Positions 43,401 to 54,328 are shown, numbered from the stretch's first letter. The stretch is DNA of 64,000 bases from a virus (IMGVR_UViG_3300034196_000017:13422-77421), one strand, 5' to 3'. Made by a program: numbers and translations. Notes: generated by a model not told the origin, from the letters alone.

Positions 43401-43729
43401 TATTTATACCTCATGACTATAAGTCTCTGGGTAGTTGTTCCGGTCGGCCCAGTAGTTGCTGCTGGGCTTCCGAAAAAAACCCTTACATATCCCTCGTAGA
43501 CATACGGCGTGAAAGCGATTGCGCTTAACTGCTGCCCACTAGTCAGGTAAGGGACCACAGGGATGCAAACAGCCGAGTCCCGAGTTGCTGTAACACCGGG
43601 AATTGTAATATCAACATATCTACCTCCTGTTTTGGGTATTAGTTCTGAGTGTAGAACTCGTACCGTGAATGAGTTTTCGTCTAGCTGGAGAGACCCATCG
43701 TCTCCCCATATCCGCATACCAAATGCCAT
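43400..43729 (-). CDS. tail tip accessory protein (paralog 2)
   Basis: N-terminus MAFGMRIWGDDGSLQLDENSFTVRVL is similar to the neighbour; ATGA overlap with J. Confidence 0.4.
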   Translation of the reverse strand: MAFGMRIWGDDGSLQLDENSFTVRVLHSELIPKTGGRYVDITIPGVTATRDSAVCIPVVPYLTSGQQLSAIAFTPYVYEGYVRVFFGSPAATTGPTGTTTQRLIVMRYK

Positions 43730-46700
43730 TAAGTTAAATCTCCCAACTGTACACGCTTTGTGCCATTCTGGTCGTATACGATTATTGACTTGTTTGTAAT
43801 AACCATACGTCCTGATCCTGCGACACTTCCGTTGATTTCAAAAGTACCAGATTTATCAAGTCTCCAACCGGTTTGTCCAGAAACAAAGTCATTACTCTGA
43901 ATGACATTACCGATCATAGCGTTTGTGATCCAACCATTACCGATAAGTGCTTGACTGATAAACACCTGACCGTTCTCTACAACAAAAGGTGCAAGTGATG
44001 TTGATCCGGTTCCAGATACAACAGCAAAACGATCAGCACGTACAAGGAACTGACTCTGTAAGCCAGCAGGACCGTTCTCAATACCCAATCCAATACCAGC
44101 AGCAACATACTTACCGTCCTGTTGTTGCTCCATCTTCAATGTCCAAGCTGTATTGATCTTACCATCAGCATCAATCTGTGCAGTCCGTACTTCCTGAATC
44201 GAAGCACTCTGTTCACCAACTTCTACTTGAACGGTATCAATCCTTTCACCAATTGCTGTATCTGCTGTTGCTCTTGCTGTTGACTCAACCTGAATTAGTG
44301 CTTTCACTTGTGTGTCAGTGATAAGACCAGCTTCAATAGTATCAACACGTTGGGCAATCGCTGAATCATTATCAGCAACAACTTCAGTAAGTTCAGTAAT
44401 CCTAGCAGAGTTTGTATCAACCTCAGCTTTGAATACAACAAGCTCTTTAGCAAATGCATCATTTTCAGAAGCTCTTACTTCACGCTCTGTTGTAATCTGA
44501 GCCCTACTATCCCAACCAGCAGTGGCGTCATCCTGTGCACCAACACCGTCATCATCACGGTATGCCGCTTGTAGACTTTCAATCGAGCTGACTACAGATG
44601 TAACCTTACCGTCAATCTCAACAACACTAACCTCTACTAGATCAACACGTGTCGCTAGGTTGTTAACTGTCTCAAGAATAGTACCAACGTCTTTCCAGTA
44701 CTCTTCGTTAGGTGGTGTCACACCTTCTGGGACAGCTTTTTGAGCTTGATAAAGCTTCTGTCCAAGCCGTACTATGTCTCCTTGGAGATACGACTTAGTA
44801 GGATCATATACCAATGCATCAGTGATGTTTGAAATCTGTTCCTCAAGATCAGTTACCGCATTATTAATTCTGTCATTAACAGATCCCGGTCCGTTTCCAT
44901 CAACTAAGTCTATACGATCATGTAGAGTTTTGTCAAGAGCAGTGTCACTAATCAAACCAGCAAAATACTCATTGTACTGACCATCGTCGTTGATTTGAGT
45001 AGTACCGACCACACCAGATTCTGATTCCAATGGGAACCATGGTCCAGCATTGCCCGATCTATCGAATAGACGACACCAGAAGTATAAAGACTTACCAGCA
45101 GAAAGACCATGAAGCTCATGAGTATCCATTGGGTACGCAAAGTCACCCAACTTACTAGCGTTGACAAACGAATTTGTCTCGCTGTACATGATTTCGGTAC
45201 GAAGTGTGTCTTCAGCGTTCTCGGGGAAATACCACTGTAATCCGATACCAAACAATAACGGAGTCGTAACAAGGTTAGTTACAGCTGGTGGGAAACCAGT
45301 CTTACCATTTAGAACAGTGGACTCACTAAGACCCCACAGGCTTTTGACACCCATTGCGTTGATCGAACGGATACGGATCAGATAAGTACCTGTGTAGATA
45401 CCCTTTACGTTGAACTCCTGAGCGCCTGTGACACCCATTTGAACCCAGTCACCCTGACCCAAACGGAACTCACCTTCATACAATACAGCGTTCTCTACAG
45501 CGTCCCACGATGCGGTCATTGTGGTTACAGCCATTGTTTGTTCAACAAAGGTGTTAGCTGTTACTGTGATAGGGTTTGGTGGTGAGATAAATGCTGGCGG
45601 AACTTTACTGATTGGTCGTGGCTCAAGTCTAGCACCATTATCAATCGCAGCAAACTTACTCTCGTTGTATTCAACACCCGAAATCTCAAACAAACCAACA
45701 CTTGGACTTGTGATTTTGGTTACTTTAAATAACTGGTTTTTCAAGTCAGAAGCTTCAAGATACCAGACAGCATCCTTCTGAGGAATCTGAGTGTATTCTG
45801 TTGTGACAGTGATCACATTACCAGATACCGCTTGGATAGTACGACCCTGTTGACTTCCATCTTTCTGAGCAATGAAAAGCTTGTCACCTGCCTTTGCTTC
45901 AGTTGGACGGTCGAGAGTTATTACAGTTTGCGTACCAGCAATGATACGACCAGTGAAAGGCTTACCCGAAATTAGCGGATCAGCAACACCGATAATGCAG
46001 CCCGGATGTACTTTATGGTCAAGACCCTGCAATCCTGTTCTGAAAACAACCTGTCTATTCAAAAGGTTTGTCAGAAGTGTATACTTACCCTTACGTTGAG
46101 CCTCAGCGCGCACTGTGCAGCCGATAGCATTTAGTTTAACCTGACGGTCACCCTTCCAACGAAGTATCTCTGAGCGCTCCCATGAAGCCTCTACCTGAGT
46201 GTTGTAATGATCATCAGGATCGTCATAACTGATCAAAGCCGATGTGTAGATAGAACGTTCATCTGTACTTGGGTAGTCGAAACCGTTAACAACGTTTGAA
46301 CGAGAGAAGATCGGGATGTTATCTGTTGGTTCTGGTTTATCAGCAACAGCTACGAACTCAGTACCATTCCAATATGTCATACCGTTAAAGATAGAAGAAA
46401 TATCACGAAGAACAGTCCATGCTTCTGCAACTTGTTGGATATATATGTTACATGTGTGTCTAGGCTGTTTAGCACCAGAACCTGTACCATCATCAACAAA
46501 AACGTCACAATACTGTGCTACTTCATACAAGTCCCACTTGCTTACTTGTTCACTTGTGATACGGTTACCAAGACCAAACCTATTGTTTGTACACAGGTCG
46601 AAGAATACCCAAGCAGGGTTGTCTGACCACGCCCATTTGAAAACACCTGACCAGACACCAGTGTAGGTTCTTGTTTCTGGATCATAGTTATCAGGTACAC

Positions 46701-47520
46701 GGATGATACGACCTTTTGTTCTAACAGAAATCTTTGGGATGTTACCAGCACCAAAAAGGCGACTATCGAACTGTACAAACAGCAGGGCAGTGTTTGGGTA
46801 TGACTGCTTAGCGTCAACTACTTCAGTGTAAGACTTGATAATAGTTTGGTCTTGAATCAGAGACGACTGTGAGTTTGCTGTTTTCCGAACTACACGAAGG
46901 CTCCAACCAAATTGAGGGTTACGTGGGAGATTCACACGGTGAGTACGCTCATAGTTTGTGTTAGTTTTACCAGTAGTGGTTACTTTCTCGTAAAGTTGGT
47001 AAGAGCCACCATCTGTCGATACTTCAATGTCATACGACACAGAATATCCGTTTGTATCACCATTCGGCATCTGTTGGTACAGTGCTGGAATAGAAACAGT
47101 GATTCGCGCTCCAGACAGGTTGGTCTTTGTTATCTGACGAACCCAAGGTGTTGTATCTTTCAGGTCGAAGTTTACAGTAACCTCGTTACTTACCTCAGGC
47201 ATACCCTGAATATAAGTTTGATCCTGAGTACCACTACGCCACTCCCAAGTTACACCACCAAAGTTTGATTCACCATTAGGACCGATCAGTGGAGTACCAT
47301 TTAGGTAAATATCTTCACCTCTAGGAGTACCAGCAAGCTCACCTTCACCAACAGCAACAAGAACCTTAGCATAAGCAATAGAGAGCAAGTTGTTTGGTGT
47401 TTCAACAGGGGTGTGTGGTTTCTCTTCACCACCCTTAGACCCCTCAATTACAACTTTTTCATCGACATACTCATACGATGTGTTAAGTACGAGTGTGTCT
47501 TTAATTTCGTTCCCCATCAT
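43729..47520 (-). CDS. tail tip / host specificity protein (lambda J-like)
   Basis: 1263 aa; N-terminus LAGTP...IYLNGTPL...NFGGVTWEW is typical of the gpJ N-terminal domain; position after the I/K/L/M genes. Confidence 0.8.
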   Translation of the reverse strand: MMGNEIKDTLVLNTSYEYVDEKVVIEGSKGGEEKPHTPVETPNNLLSIAYAKVLVAVGEGELAGTPRGEDIYLNGTPLIGPNGESNFGGVTWEWRSGTQDQTYIQGMPEVSNEVTVNFDLKDTTPWVRQITKTNLSGARITVSIPALYQQMPNGDTNGYSVSYDIEVSTDGGSYQLYEKVTTTGKTNTNYERTHRVNLPRNPQFGWSLRVVRKTANSQSSLIQDQTIIKSYTEVVDAKQSYPNTALLFVQFDSRLFGAGNIPKISVRTKGRIIRVPDNYDPETRTYTGVWSGVFKWAWSDNPAWVFFDLCTNNRFGLGNRITSEQVSKWDLYEVAQYCDVFVDDGTGSGAKQPRHTCNIYIQQVAEAWTVLRDISSIFNGMTYWNGTEFVAVADKPEPTDNIPIFSRSNVVNGFDYPSTDERSIYTSALISYDDPDDHYNTQVEASWERSEILRWKGDRQVKLNAIGCTVRAEAQRKGKYTLLTNLLNRQVVFRTGLQGLDHKVHPGCIIGVADPLISGKPFTGRIIAGTQTVITLDRPTEAKAGDKLFIAQKDGSQQGRTIQAVSGNVITVTTEYTQIPQKDAVWYLEASDLKNQLFKVTKITSPSVGLFEISGVEYNESKFAAIDNGARLEPRPISKVPPAFISPPNPITVTANTFVEQTMAVTTMTASWDAVENAVLYEGEFRLGQGDWVQMGVTGAQEFNVKGIYTGTYLIRIRSINAMGVKSLWGLSESTVLNGKTGFPPAVTNLVTTPLLFGIGLQWYFPENAEDTLRTEIMYSETNSFVNASKLGDFAYPMDTHELHGLSAGKSLYFWCRLFDRSGNAGPWFPLESESGVVGTTQINDDGQYNEYFAGLISDTALDKTLHDRIDLVDGNGPGSVNDRINNAVTDLEEQISNITDALVYDPTKSYLQGDIVRLGQKLYQAQKAVPEGVTPPNEEYWKDVGTILETVNNLATRVDLVEVSVVEIDGKVTSVVSSIESLQAAYRDDDGVGAQDDATAGWDSRAQITTEREVRASENDAFAKELVVFKAEVDTNSARITELTEVVADNDSAIAQRVDTIEAGLITDTQVKALIQVESTARATADTAIGERIDTVQVEVGEQSASIQEVRTAQIDADGKINTAWTLKMEQQQDGKYVAAGIGLGIENGPAGLQSQFLVRADRFAVVSGTGSTSLAPFVVENGQVFISQALIGNGWITNAMIGNVIQSNDFVSGQTGWRLDKSGTFEINGSVAGSGRMVITNKSIIVYDQNGTKRVQLGDLT

Positions 47521-47531
47521 TTATTCCTCTA

Positions 47532-48095
47532 TTAAGTTTGGTCTTCTGCAACAATGCTCGCAGAGATAATTGCACCCCCCATTTCACGTAGACCATACGG
47601 TACACCGATAGGGTTGCCTTGTGCTGTTGTGTTTACTGGTCCACCGAATCCATATGAACTCTGGTTGGCTGCATCCTCTTTAACTTTTAAACCTTGAGGT
47701 TGTGGTGATAACAGTTGTACAGCACCACCAATCAATAGTGCGAAACCAGCGGGTCCAGTTGGTGCACCAAAGAAAGCAGCTACAAGTAGAACGACACCAA
47801 GGATTATCTGGAATACACCACCACGTTTACTACCAATATATGCAGGTAGAATCTTAAATACTTTCTTACAAGGGAAGGATATTTCATCACCTACCCCAAT
47901 ATTGTGTCTGCCGTTAAAAAGAATAAACCCGATACCCTTAGATTCAGCCTCTTCAAGAGACTTCTTAAATCCTTTTATCTGAAAGCACATTGCTTTGATT
48001 AATTCTTTTGTGTTACTAACCATAAACTTATGTTCTTTACCGTAAGCCTTTCCGAGATAACCCCCAAGCTGTACGGTTACAAGTGACTCAGCCAT
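47532..48095 (-). CDS. tail assembly protein (lambda I-like)
   Basis: 187 aa with hydrophobic C-terminal region; position between K and J. Confidence 0.6.
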   Translation of the reverse strand: MAESLVTVQLGGYLGKAYGKEHKFMVSNTKELIKAMCFQIKGFKKSLEEAESKGIGFILFNGRHNIGVGDEISFPCKKVFKILPAYIGSKRGGVFQIILGVVLLVAAFFGAPTGPAGFALLIGGAVQLLSPQPQGLKVKEDAANQSSYGFGGPVNTTAQGNPIGVPYGLREMGGAIISASIVAEDQT

Positions 48096-48096
48096 A

Positions 48097-48906
48097 TTAA
48101 ATATCCTTGTGTCTTAGAATCAATCTAGCTCGTTGAGACCATTGTCCACCATAAACTACGATATCAGCGTTCTTACCATACATGTGGTGAAGCATGAAAG
48201 GTCCACCATGTAGATTACGTGACTCAAAGTTGTTTGTGTATCCCAAGTAAATACCAGCATGATTAGGATGATATGAACGACCAATTTGCATTACAATCAT
48301 GTCGCCGGGTTCCGGTTTATCAACTACATAGAATCCGTTACTCTCATAGAACTTCTCATACAACGATTCAGATTCTTTATTCTCCCACCACAACTCTTCA
48401 CGTTCGAAGGTTGGGAACGTAATGCCAGCATAAGTCTTGTAGTAGTCCTTACAAGCTGACCAGCAATCCCATACACCGTGAACAAATGGACGTCCAAGAA
48501 TCTCTTCTCTAACCGTTGGGATATGTTGTGCGTAGTCACCTTCAGGCCATGACACAATATGCCACGGGATTGGATTACTTTCAGGATCGACAATCAACTC
48601 TACTTCACGGTTACTACTCATCACCGCAATATCATGACTGCTTGGTCTGGTAGTGGCGTCTGGATGGCTGTGTACAATTCCTACAATTTCACCTTGTTGG
48701 TCAGCATCCATGAAAGAGTCAGGACACATCTTAAAGTCTTTAGTCTTATCTGTTGCGATGTTTACACAAGGGACATACTGTTCGATATTCTCAGGTGTAA
48801 TAATTACAACACCGCAAATCTCTTCAGGGTAACCAGACTTAGCATGTGCAAGAATGGCATTTATCGTTTTCTTCTTTAGTTTCTTTGGTACGTTAGTCAT
48901 TGCCAT
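48097..48906 (-). CDS. tail assembly protein K-like (MPN/JAMM plus NlpC/P60 domains)
   Basis: JAMM motif E-x-ICGVV...HSHP...S..D; NlpC/P60 Cys (DCWS) and His (HAGIY). Confidence 0.75.
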   Translation of the reverse strand: MAMTNVPKKLKKKTINAILAHAKSGYPEEICGVVIITPENIEQYVPCVNIATDKTKDFKMCPDSFMDADQQGEIVGIVHSHPDATTRPSSHDIAVMSSNREVELIVDPESNPIPWHIVSWPEGDYAQHIPTVREEILGRPFVHGVWDCWSACKDYYKTYAGITFPTFEREELWWENKESESLYEKFYESNGFYVVDKPEPGDMIVMQIGRSYHPNHAGIYLGYTNNFESRNLHGGPFMLHHMYGKNADIVVYGGQWSQRARLILRHKDI

Positions 48907-48915
48907 TCTCCGTTA

Positions 48916-49656
48916 TTAAATAATCAAGCTGCTTGCGATGAATCCACCAAATGGAAGCTGGTTCTCCTCACCAAATCTAAGCTTGCAATCCATTACACAA
49001 GCCCCACACTGATCTTCAGCAGGGTTATCCGTGGGTACGCCTTTATCAGTGAAGAAAACGTCACCTGTGTATCCACAATCAGGTCCACGATATCCACCAT
49101 TTAGTGCCCAGTGACACAACGAGTGAACAATGCGACGTGGGATACTTTGTCCTGTAAGGTCTGCGGGTGAAGATAATACGAAACTGACATACTCTAATCT
49201 CTCACCAGCCTTACTGCTAATGTACCAAGTCTGTATGAAACCCATTTCAGGGTCAGCATCCGATCCACCGTCGAGGTACTGTTCAAATGTTGTTGTCTCT
49301 GTTACCTTAGCCAAATACAGATTGTTCAATTCAAGACAAAGATTACTGATTGAACCATCTATGTTGGCTACTTGGAGAGTTGGGTTTGGGCTTGAACCCA
49401 TTCCATCCATCTCTACACCTTCCATATGATAAGGCCAGCAATCGTAACGTTCACCTTTCCAATAGATCGGTTTTGGTGGGATCTTATCTACACCCTGTGC
49501 CTGAAACTCAAGAAGTTCTTCGGCAGTGTATGGTACTTCATAGTTATGAAACCTAAGAATGTCACCATTGAACTCTGTACAATCAACCTCAATCAACTTA
49601 ACCTGACTACCCGGTTCAAGTTTTTGAATTACCTCAAGGATGTCTACATTAGCCAT
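48916..49656 (-). CDS. minor tail protein L-like
   Basis: C-terminal Cys cluster (CGYTGD...CGACVMDC); start refined to MANVDILEV (49656). Confidence 0.65.
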   Translation of the reverse strand: MANVDILEVIQKLEPGSQVKLIEVDCTEFNGDILRFHNYEVPYTAEELLEFQAQGVDKIPPKPIYWKGERYDCWPYHMEGVEMDGMGSSPNPTLQVANIDGSISNLCLELNNLYLAKVTETTTFEQYLDGGSDADPEMGFIQTWYISSKAGERLEYVSFVLSSPADLTGQSIPRRIVHSLCHWALNGGYRGPDCGYTGDVFFTDKGVPTDNPAEDQCGACVMDCKLRFGEENQLPFGGFIASSLII

Positions 49657-49657
49657 A

Positions 49658-50035
49658 TTATGCTCCTGTACTTGCATACGCCTTTGTGAACGTACCTGTA
49701 ATTGAATATAGACCACCACCTTCATCGTTCCAGCTTGGGTCACGACAAGTAAATAGTCCGATAGTGTCTAGTGGTGGAATCCAGAAGAAAGATTTGATAC
49801 CCTTGTGACGGTCAAAGAAGTCCATGATCTGTTTTGCTTCACCGGCTCTAGCATGAACCCTGATAGTATAGGATACGTCTTTGGTGTTTATACCATCAGC
49901 ACTCAGTTGAGTGTAACCATCACCAAATCGTGTTTCGATAACTCGATACTCAATACTAGGTGTGATGTTTCTTTCGACCTTCCACTTGAATGTTTCTACG
50001 GCCATAAATTCTCCAGAAAAAGAAAAGGGAGACAT
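49658..50035 (-). CDS. minor tail protein M-like
   Basis: 125 aa between the tape measure and L. Confidence 0.6.
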   Translation of the reverse strand: MSPFSFSGEFMAVETFKWKVERNITPSIEYRVIETRFGDGYTQLSADGINTKDVSYTIRVHARAGEAKQIMDFFDRHKGIKSFFWIPPLDTIGLFTCRDPSWNDEGGGLYSITGTFTKAYASTGA

Positions 50036-50088
50036 AAGTCTCCCAAAAGTTATTAAAGAATACTACATTATCTCGGTTTTGTCAATAC

Positions 50089-53000
50089 TCACCCACCAAT
50101 TGCACGGGAGATTTGACCACCGGGTTTCAAGTCACGTGTGAGCAATGTTTGGTATCTTGAATCTACATAGTCACCGATGTCTTTACCGAACTGAGTTGCT
50201 TGTGGCTCATCAGTTTCAGTTGTAGTTCCTTCGCTGGTTATGCTAATGTAAACATTAACGCCACGTCCACCAACTTCACCACCACCAATCATACGAACAC
50301 CTAAGCTTCCGTCTGCGGTTCTAGCAAGTGGTACAATAGCTTCTGGTCCAGCTTCACCCATTACACCCCTTTGACCACCAGACATCCCGAAAGAAGTTGG
50401 TGAGGAAACGATAGAGTTGGTAAACGCTCCACCTTGTGCAAAGAACTGAGTTCCACCACTCCAACCACCGCCTTTCTCTTGCACGGTAGTTATCTGACCA
50501 TAATCACTGAATCCAGATGTTGCTGTAGTTGTACCAGCACCACCAAAGTATGATCCAGCAGCACCACCAACAATGTTGAAAAGTGAACCAAGCGCACCTA
50601 GTGTAGCCTGTTTTGCAGCGATCTTGGCTAAGTCGGAAAGGATGCTAACCGTAAAGTCTTTGAAGTTGAACTTACCAGTCAATACGAAATTAGCAAGGGA
50701 ATCCGCTGCTGTATCAAAAGCACCAGTAAGCGCTTGTTGAACAGAGCCAGCAAAGTTCATACCTGCATCTTGTGCATTCTCAACGGCAGCTGTAAATCCA
50801 TTTGTCCAGTCGGCATTTGCTGCTTGGATTTCCTCATCGTTCTTCACGATTTGAGCAGTCATTTCAGTATGAGCTTTCTCCAAATCTTTCAACTTGGCAG
50901 TATACTCTTCTGGGTCCATGCCTTCAGAAAGCGATTTAGTCAACTCACGTTGCTGACGCTCAAATGAACGATCATTAGAAGCAAGCTGTCTTGCAACACC
51001 GGCCTGTCTATCACCTCTACCAACACCATCAGCTCTTCTTGCACCCTCTTCTTGAAGGTTGTTCAACTGAGCATCAAGAGACGCCTTATATGCTGCGATG
51101 TTTCGTGTTCTAGTTTCAAGTCTTCCTTGTTCTTTAGCTAGAAGCTGGTCTTGCTTGGTATCAATCTTCTCAAGAGCAACAATTCGATCAGATTCAGCTT
51201 TAGCCATTTGGTTATCTAGGCTGATATTCTGAGCAGCAGTGTTCTTCTTGTTATCACGAAGAGCTTTTAGGGATTCAATTTGTGCATCATACGATGCCGA
51301 AACGGCAGCACGTTGTGCAGCAAGGATTGACTTCTGCGAATTGAAGGTAGCCTCAGCAGAAACGATTCCCGCTTGACCAATCGCAGTAACCCGTTTGTAG
51401 TACCCGTCATACTCAGCTGTCAACTGATCAAGGTTGTTCTTGACTTCAGTAACTTCACGAGTATCTAGAGGTGTACGTTTAGACTTAGAATCCTTTTCTT
51501 TTGCTTTAGCTAATTCCTCAACAGCACGAGCCTCGTTACGAGTCATCATGATAGTCTGTTCAGCTGTTACATTACCACCAGCAGTGATCTTTTGGTTTTC
51601 TAAGCGTATCTTTCTAAGATTTGACTCAGCAGCTTCTACACCCTTCTGAGCATTCTCATAGCGACGGGCTGAAGATACTTGGGCAGAAACAGCTTCACGT
51701 CTTGCTTTTTCGGTATCAGCTTCTTGCTTAGCAAGTAAAGCTTCATATTGAATACGCTGTTTAACCTGTGCAATTTCTTTATCAATATCTGCAACTGCTT
51801 GAATGTTACCACTTTGACCAAATCCTTTTAGACCAAGTGAAGCGTTTGTATCAATTGAGTCCTGATAACTTTTACGTTGACGTTGAAGTTCGGCAAGCCT
51901 ATCAGTGGTTGTAGTATCTCTACCCAATCCTTTTAGAGCGTCAAATGTACCAAGAATAGCACTCTTAACACCATTCCAAGCCTGTTCCATGTATCCCGCT
52001 TGCTCGATAACCTTTTTAGCGGCGTCTGTTGTAGCTTCAGCCAACTTATCCTGAAGCAATGTCGCTGCTTCACTATCGTTACCAAGTGTAATCAGTGCTT
52101 GAGCTTGAGCTAATACAGAGGCTGTAAGGAACTTATACTTCTCATCCAATCGGACAGCAGCATCTACAGGGTCTTTACCAATAGCATTAAAATCAGCAAT
52201 TGTCTCAGACAATGCTTGACCTGTCGCTTTCTGGAACAGGATAGCTGATTCAGCAACTTTTTGGAAGCTCTCACCAGCAACACGACCACCACTTGCAATA
52301 AGTGTCAATGCCTCAGCAGCTTTACCCGCTGTAGTTACAGTACCGTCCAGTTCATTACGATACTGAGCAAACTGACTAGCCGAAACACCCGCCGCATTGT
52401 TACTCAAAATGATCGCTTTGTTGAATGCATTAAGCTCTTCAGAACCTTGATACGCAGCAATACCCAATACAGCTAGACCAGTAGCAGCTAGACTTACTGG
52501 TGTGATCATAGCCAGTGCAGCACCACCAACCGCCTTCAGTGCTGGGACAACACCACCAAACATATCCTTAATCTGTCCACCTTGTTGCAGCAGAACAGTC
52601 AAAGGAGCTTGACCACCTTGTAGCGAAACCACGATGTCAGTGAACTGTGCAGGTAAACCACGAAGGGCAAAGGCTGTCTCTTTTGCTGTCTTACCCGTTG
52701 TATTAAGAGCTTGAGAATACCGTGTCAATGTCTCCTTGTTGGATTCAAGAATACGGTTATAACGCTCAAACTCAGCGGCGTTAATATTACCTGAAAGCTT
52801 TTGTTTATTTAGATCACGTTGCAGAGATTCAAGCTCTTGCAGCTTCTTAATCGTAGGGTCAATACGGTTAAGCAAAACATTCAAGCTTTCAGCCTGACCT
52901 TTTTCGGCAGCAGCAGCAGCATCAGTAGCACCTTTCAGTTGACGCTTGGCATTGAACTCTTCAAGAGCAGCTGCTGCACGTCTGTTAGCTGCATCAACCG

Positions 53001-53535
53001 CACCGGAGCTTACTAGACCCTGTTCGGCTTCACTAGCTCCACGGAAGGCAGTGGTAAGCTTCTCCTGCGCATCAGCGCTATTCAGAGCGGCTTGGGCAAC
53101 CTTGTTTAGTCTATCAGGTACTTCACCAGCTGACTGTGAAACGTTCTTCTGTGCAGTGTTAACATTCAGAAGCTTGTCAAAAGACTCCTGAAGCTTAGCA
53201 TTGTAGGCATCAAATGCACCTACTGACAGTTTATCCTTGTTTGCGAAAAGAAGTTTTTCCTGTGCAGCAAGATCACTAAGTTTCTTGGTGATAGGATCAA
53301 TCTTACCAAGCAGTGTTTCAAACTGTTTATTTTGACGGTCAATTGCTTTCGATGAGGTATCAGTTTCTGTTGCTACTTTCTTTGAAGAGTTGGCAAGGTT
53401 ATCATCTGAAACCTTCTTAGACTCCGTAGCCTTTGACGCTCTTTCAGCGGCAGTGGAGAAGTCGTTTAAAGCTTTAGTACCTTCAACAACAGGACGTGAA
53501 TCTAGTTTAATCTGTAACTCAGCTATCGTTGGCAT
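50089..53535 (-). CDS. tail tape measure protein
   Basis: 1148 aa, Ala/Gln/Glu-rich extended helix with Gly-rich C-terminus; follows the G/G-T chaperones. Confidence 0.85.
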   Translation of the reverse strand: MPTIAELQIKLDSRPVVEGTKALNDFSTAAERASKATESKKVSDDNLANSSKKVATETDTSSKAIDRQNKQFETLLGKIDPITKKLSDLAAQEKLLFANKDKLSVGAFDAYNAKLQESFDKLLNVNTAQKNVSQSAGEVPDRLNKVAQAALNSADAQEKLTTAFRGASEAEQGLVSSGAVDAANRRAAAALEEFNAKRQLKGATDAAAAAEKGQAESLNVLLNRIDPTIKKLQELESLQRDLNKQKLSGNINAAEFERYNRILESNKETLTRYSQALNTTGKTAKETAFALRGLPAQFTDIVVSLQGGQAPLTVLLQQGGQIKDMFGGVVPALKAVGGAALAMITPVSLAATGLAVLGIAAYQGSEELNAFNKAIILSNNAAGVSASQFAQYRNELDGTVTTAGKAAEALTLIASGGRVAGESFQKVAESAILFQKATGQALSETIADFNAIGKDPVDAAVRLDEKYKFLTASVLAQAQALITLGNDSEAATLLQDKLAEATTDAAKKVIEQAGYMEQAWNGVKSAILGTFDALKGLGRDTTTTDRLAELQRQRKSYQDSIDTNASLGLKGFGQSGNIQAVADIDKEIAQVKQRIQYEALLAKQEADTEKARREAVSAQVSSARRYENAQKGVEAAESNLRKIRLENQKITAGGNVTAEQTIMMTRNEARAVEELAKAKEKDSKSKRTPLDTREVTEVKNNLDQLTAEYDGYYKRVTAIGQAGIVSAEATFNSQKSILAAQRAAVSASYDAQIESLKALRDNKKNTAAQNISLDNQMAKAESDRIVALEKIDTKQDQLLAKEQGRLETRTRNIAAYKASLDAQLNNLQEEGARRADGVGRGDRQAGVARQLASNDRSFERQQRELTKSLSEGMDPEEYTAKLKDLEKAHTEMTAQIVKNDEEIQAANADWTNGFTAAVENAQDAGMNFAGSVQQALTGAFDTAADSLANFVLTGKFNFKDFTVSILSDLAKIAAKQATLGALGSLFNIVGGAAGSYFGGAGTTTATSGFSDYGQITTVQEKGGGWSGGTQFFAQGGAFTNSIVSSPTSFGMSGGQRGVMGEAGPEAIVPLARTADGSLGVRMIGGGEVGGRGVNVYISITSEGTTTETDEPQATQFGKDIGDYVDSRYQTLLTRDLKPGGQISRAIGG

Positions 53536-54309
53536 CTTTTTGATTCTCCCCCATTGTGATGAGCGCTTCGTTCTCCATCACTTTAATGTCTGGGAACATA
53601 TTGTTTATTTCTTTCTTTTTGAATCCAAGCATCTTACCAACGACAGGAATCACATTGTAATCCAAACCAGTGGCACCGCCCATACCGACTCTCCATTGTG
53701 TACCCATTTCATAGAAGAGTCTAAATGCATTCCAGTTGATATCCCAAACAAGAACTTCTTCTGCTGGGATTTCGTCTAGATGCAGACCAAACAATCCTGC
53801 TTGGTGTTTATCTGCATCTCTGGCATACAAGGCATTGGCGGCGCTTATTAGTTTCCCTGACGGGCTCGTGTGTAAGCTTCGTTGTATTCACTAAGGATTA
53901 CATCAGTTACAGAGATAGAAGAGTTCAACAGCTCTTTAATATTCTCATCTGTGAACTCATCATCGAATCCCCATCCTTCTACAACATCCTTAACTTGTCG
54001 TACTTGAACTTCAAGCTCACGCTCAGTCCATTCTGAAAGGTTGAATTCTTCATCTGTACCTTGTACTGCTTGCGATGCTTCAAGCAAAGCAATGCTTTCT
54101 TTCTTCCAGTTATCAAAAATGGCCGCAAGTTTAGTACGGTCAAATGTTTTGAAAGTGAAAGTTACATCCAGTGGATCACCACCAACACGTGGAATCTTAA
54201 CAGCGGATTTGAATGTTGGGTTCAGTTGGGTTTTAAAAGACTTAGCCATATTATGTTTCTCCTCAGAAATAAAAATGCCCTCACCATGAGGCAAGGGCAT
54301 AAGATACAC
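53519..54309 (-). CDS. tail assembly chaperone G-T fusion via -1 programmed frameshift
   Basis: Heptamer GGGAAAC (53857-53851) immediately before the G stop; the -1 frame is open (GKLISAANALYA...) and continues into ORF 53519..53830 and across the tape-measure start. Confidence 0.65.
53848..54309 (-). CDS. tail assembly chaperone G-like
   Basis: 153-aa acidic ORF between the major tail protein and the tape measure; ends at the slippery site. Confidence 0.7.
   Translation of the reverse strand: MYLMPLPHGEGIFISEEKHNMAKSFKTQLNPTFKSAVKIPRVGGDPLDVTFTFKTFDRTKLAAIFDNWKKESIALLEASQAVQGTDEEFNLSEWTERELEVQVRQVKDVVEGWGFDDEFTDENIKELLNSSISVTDVILSEYNEAYTRARQGN
53851..53857 (-). promoter_or_regulatory. -1 ribosomal frameshift slippery heptamer G_GGA_AAC
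   Basis: X_XXY_YYZ heptamer in the G frame followed by TAA. Confidence 0.6.
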
Positions 54310-54328
54310 TTGCGTGCGTTATTGCGAT

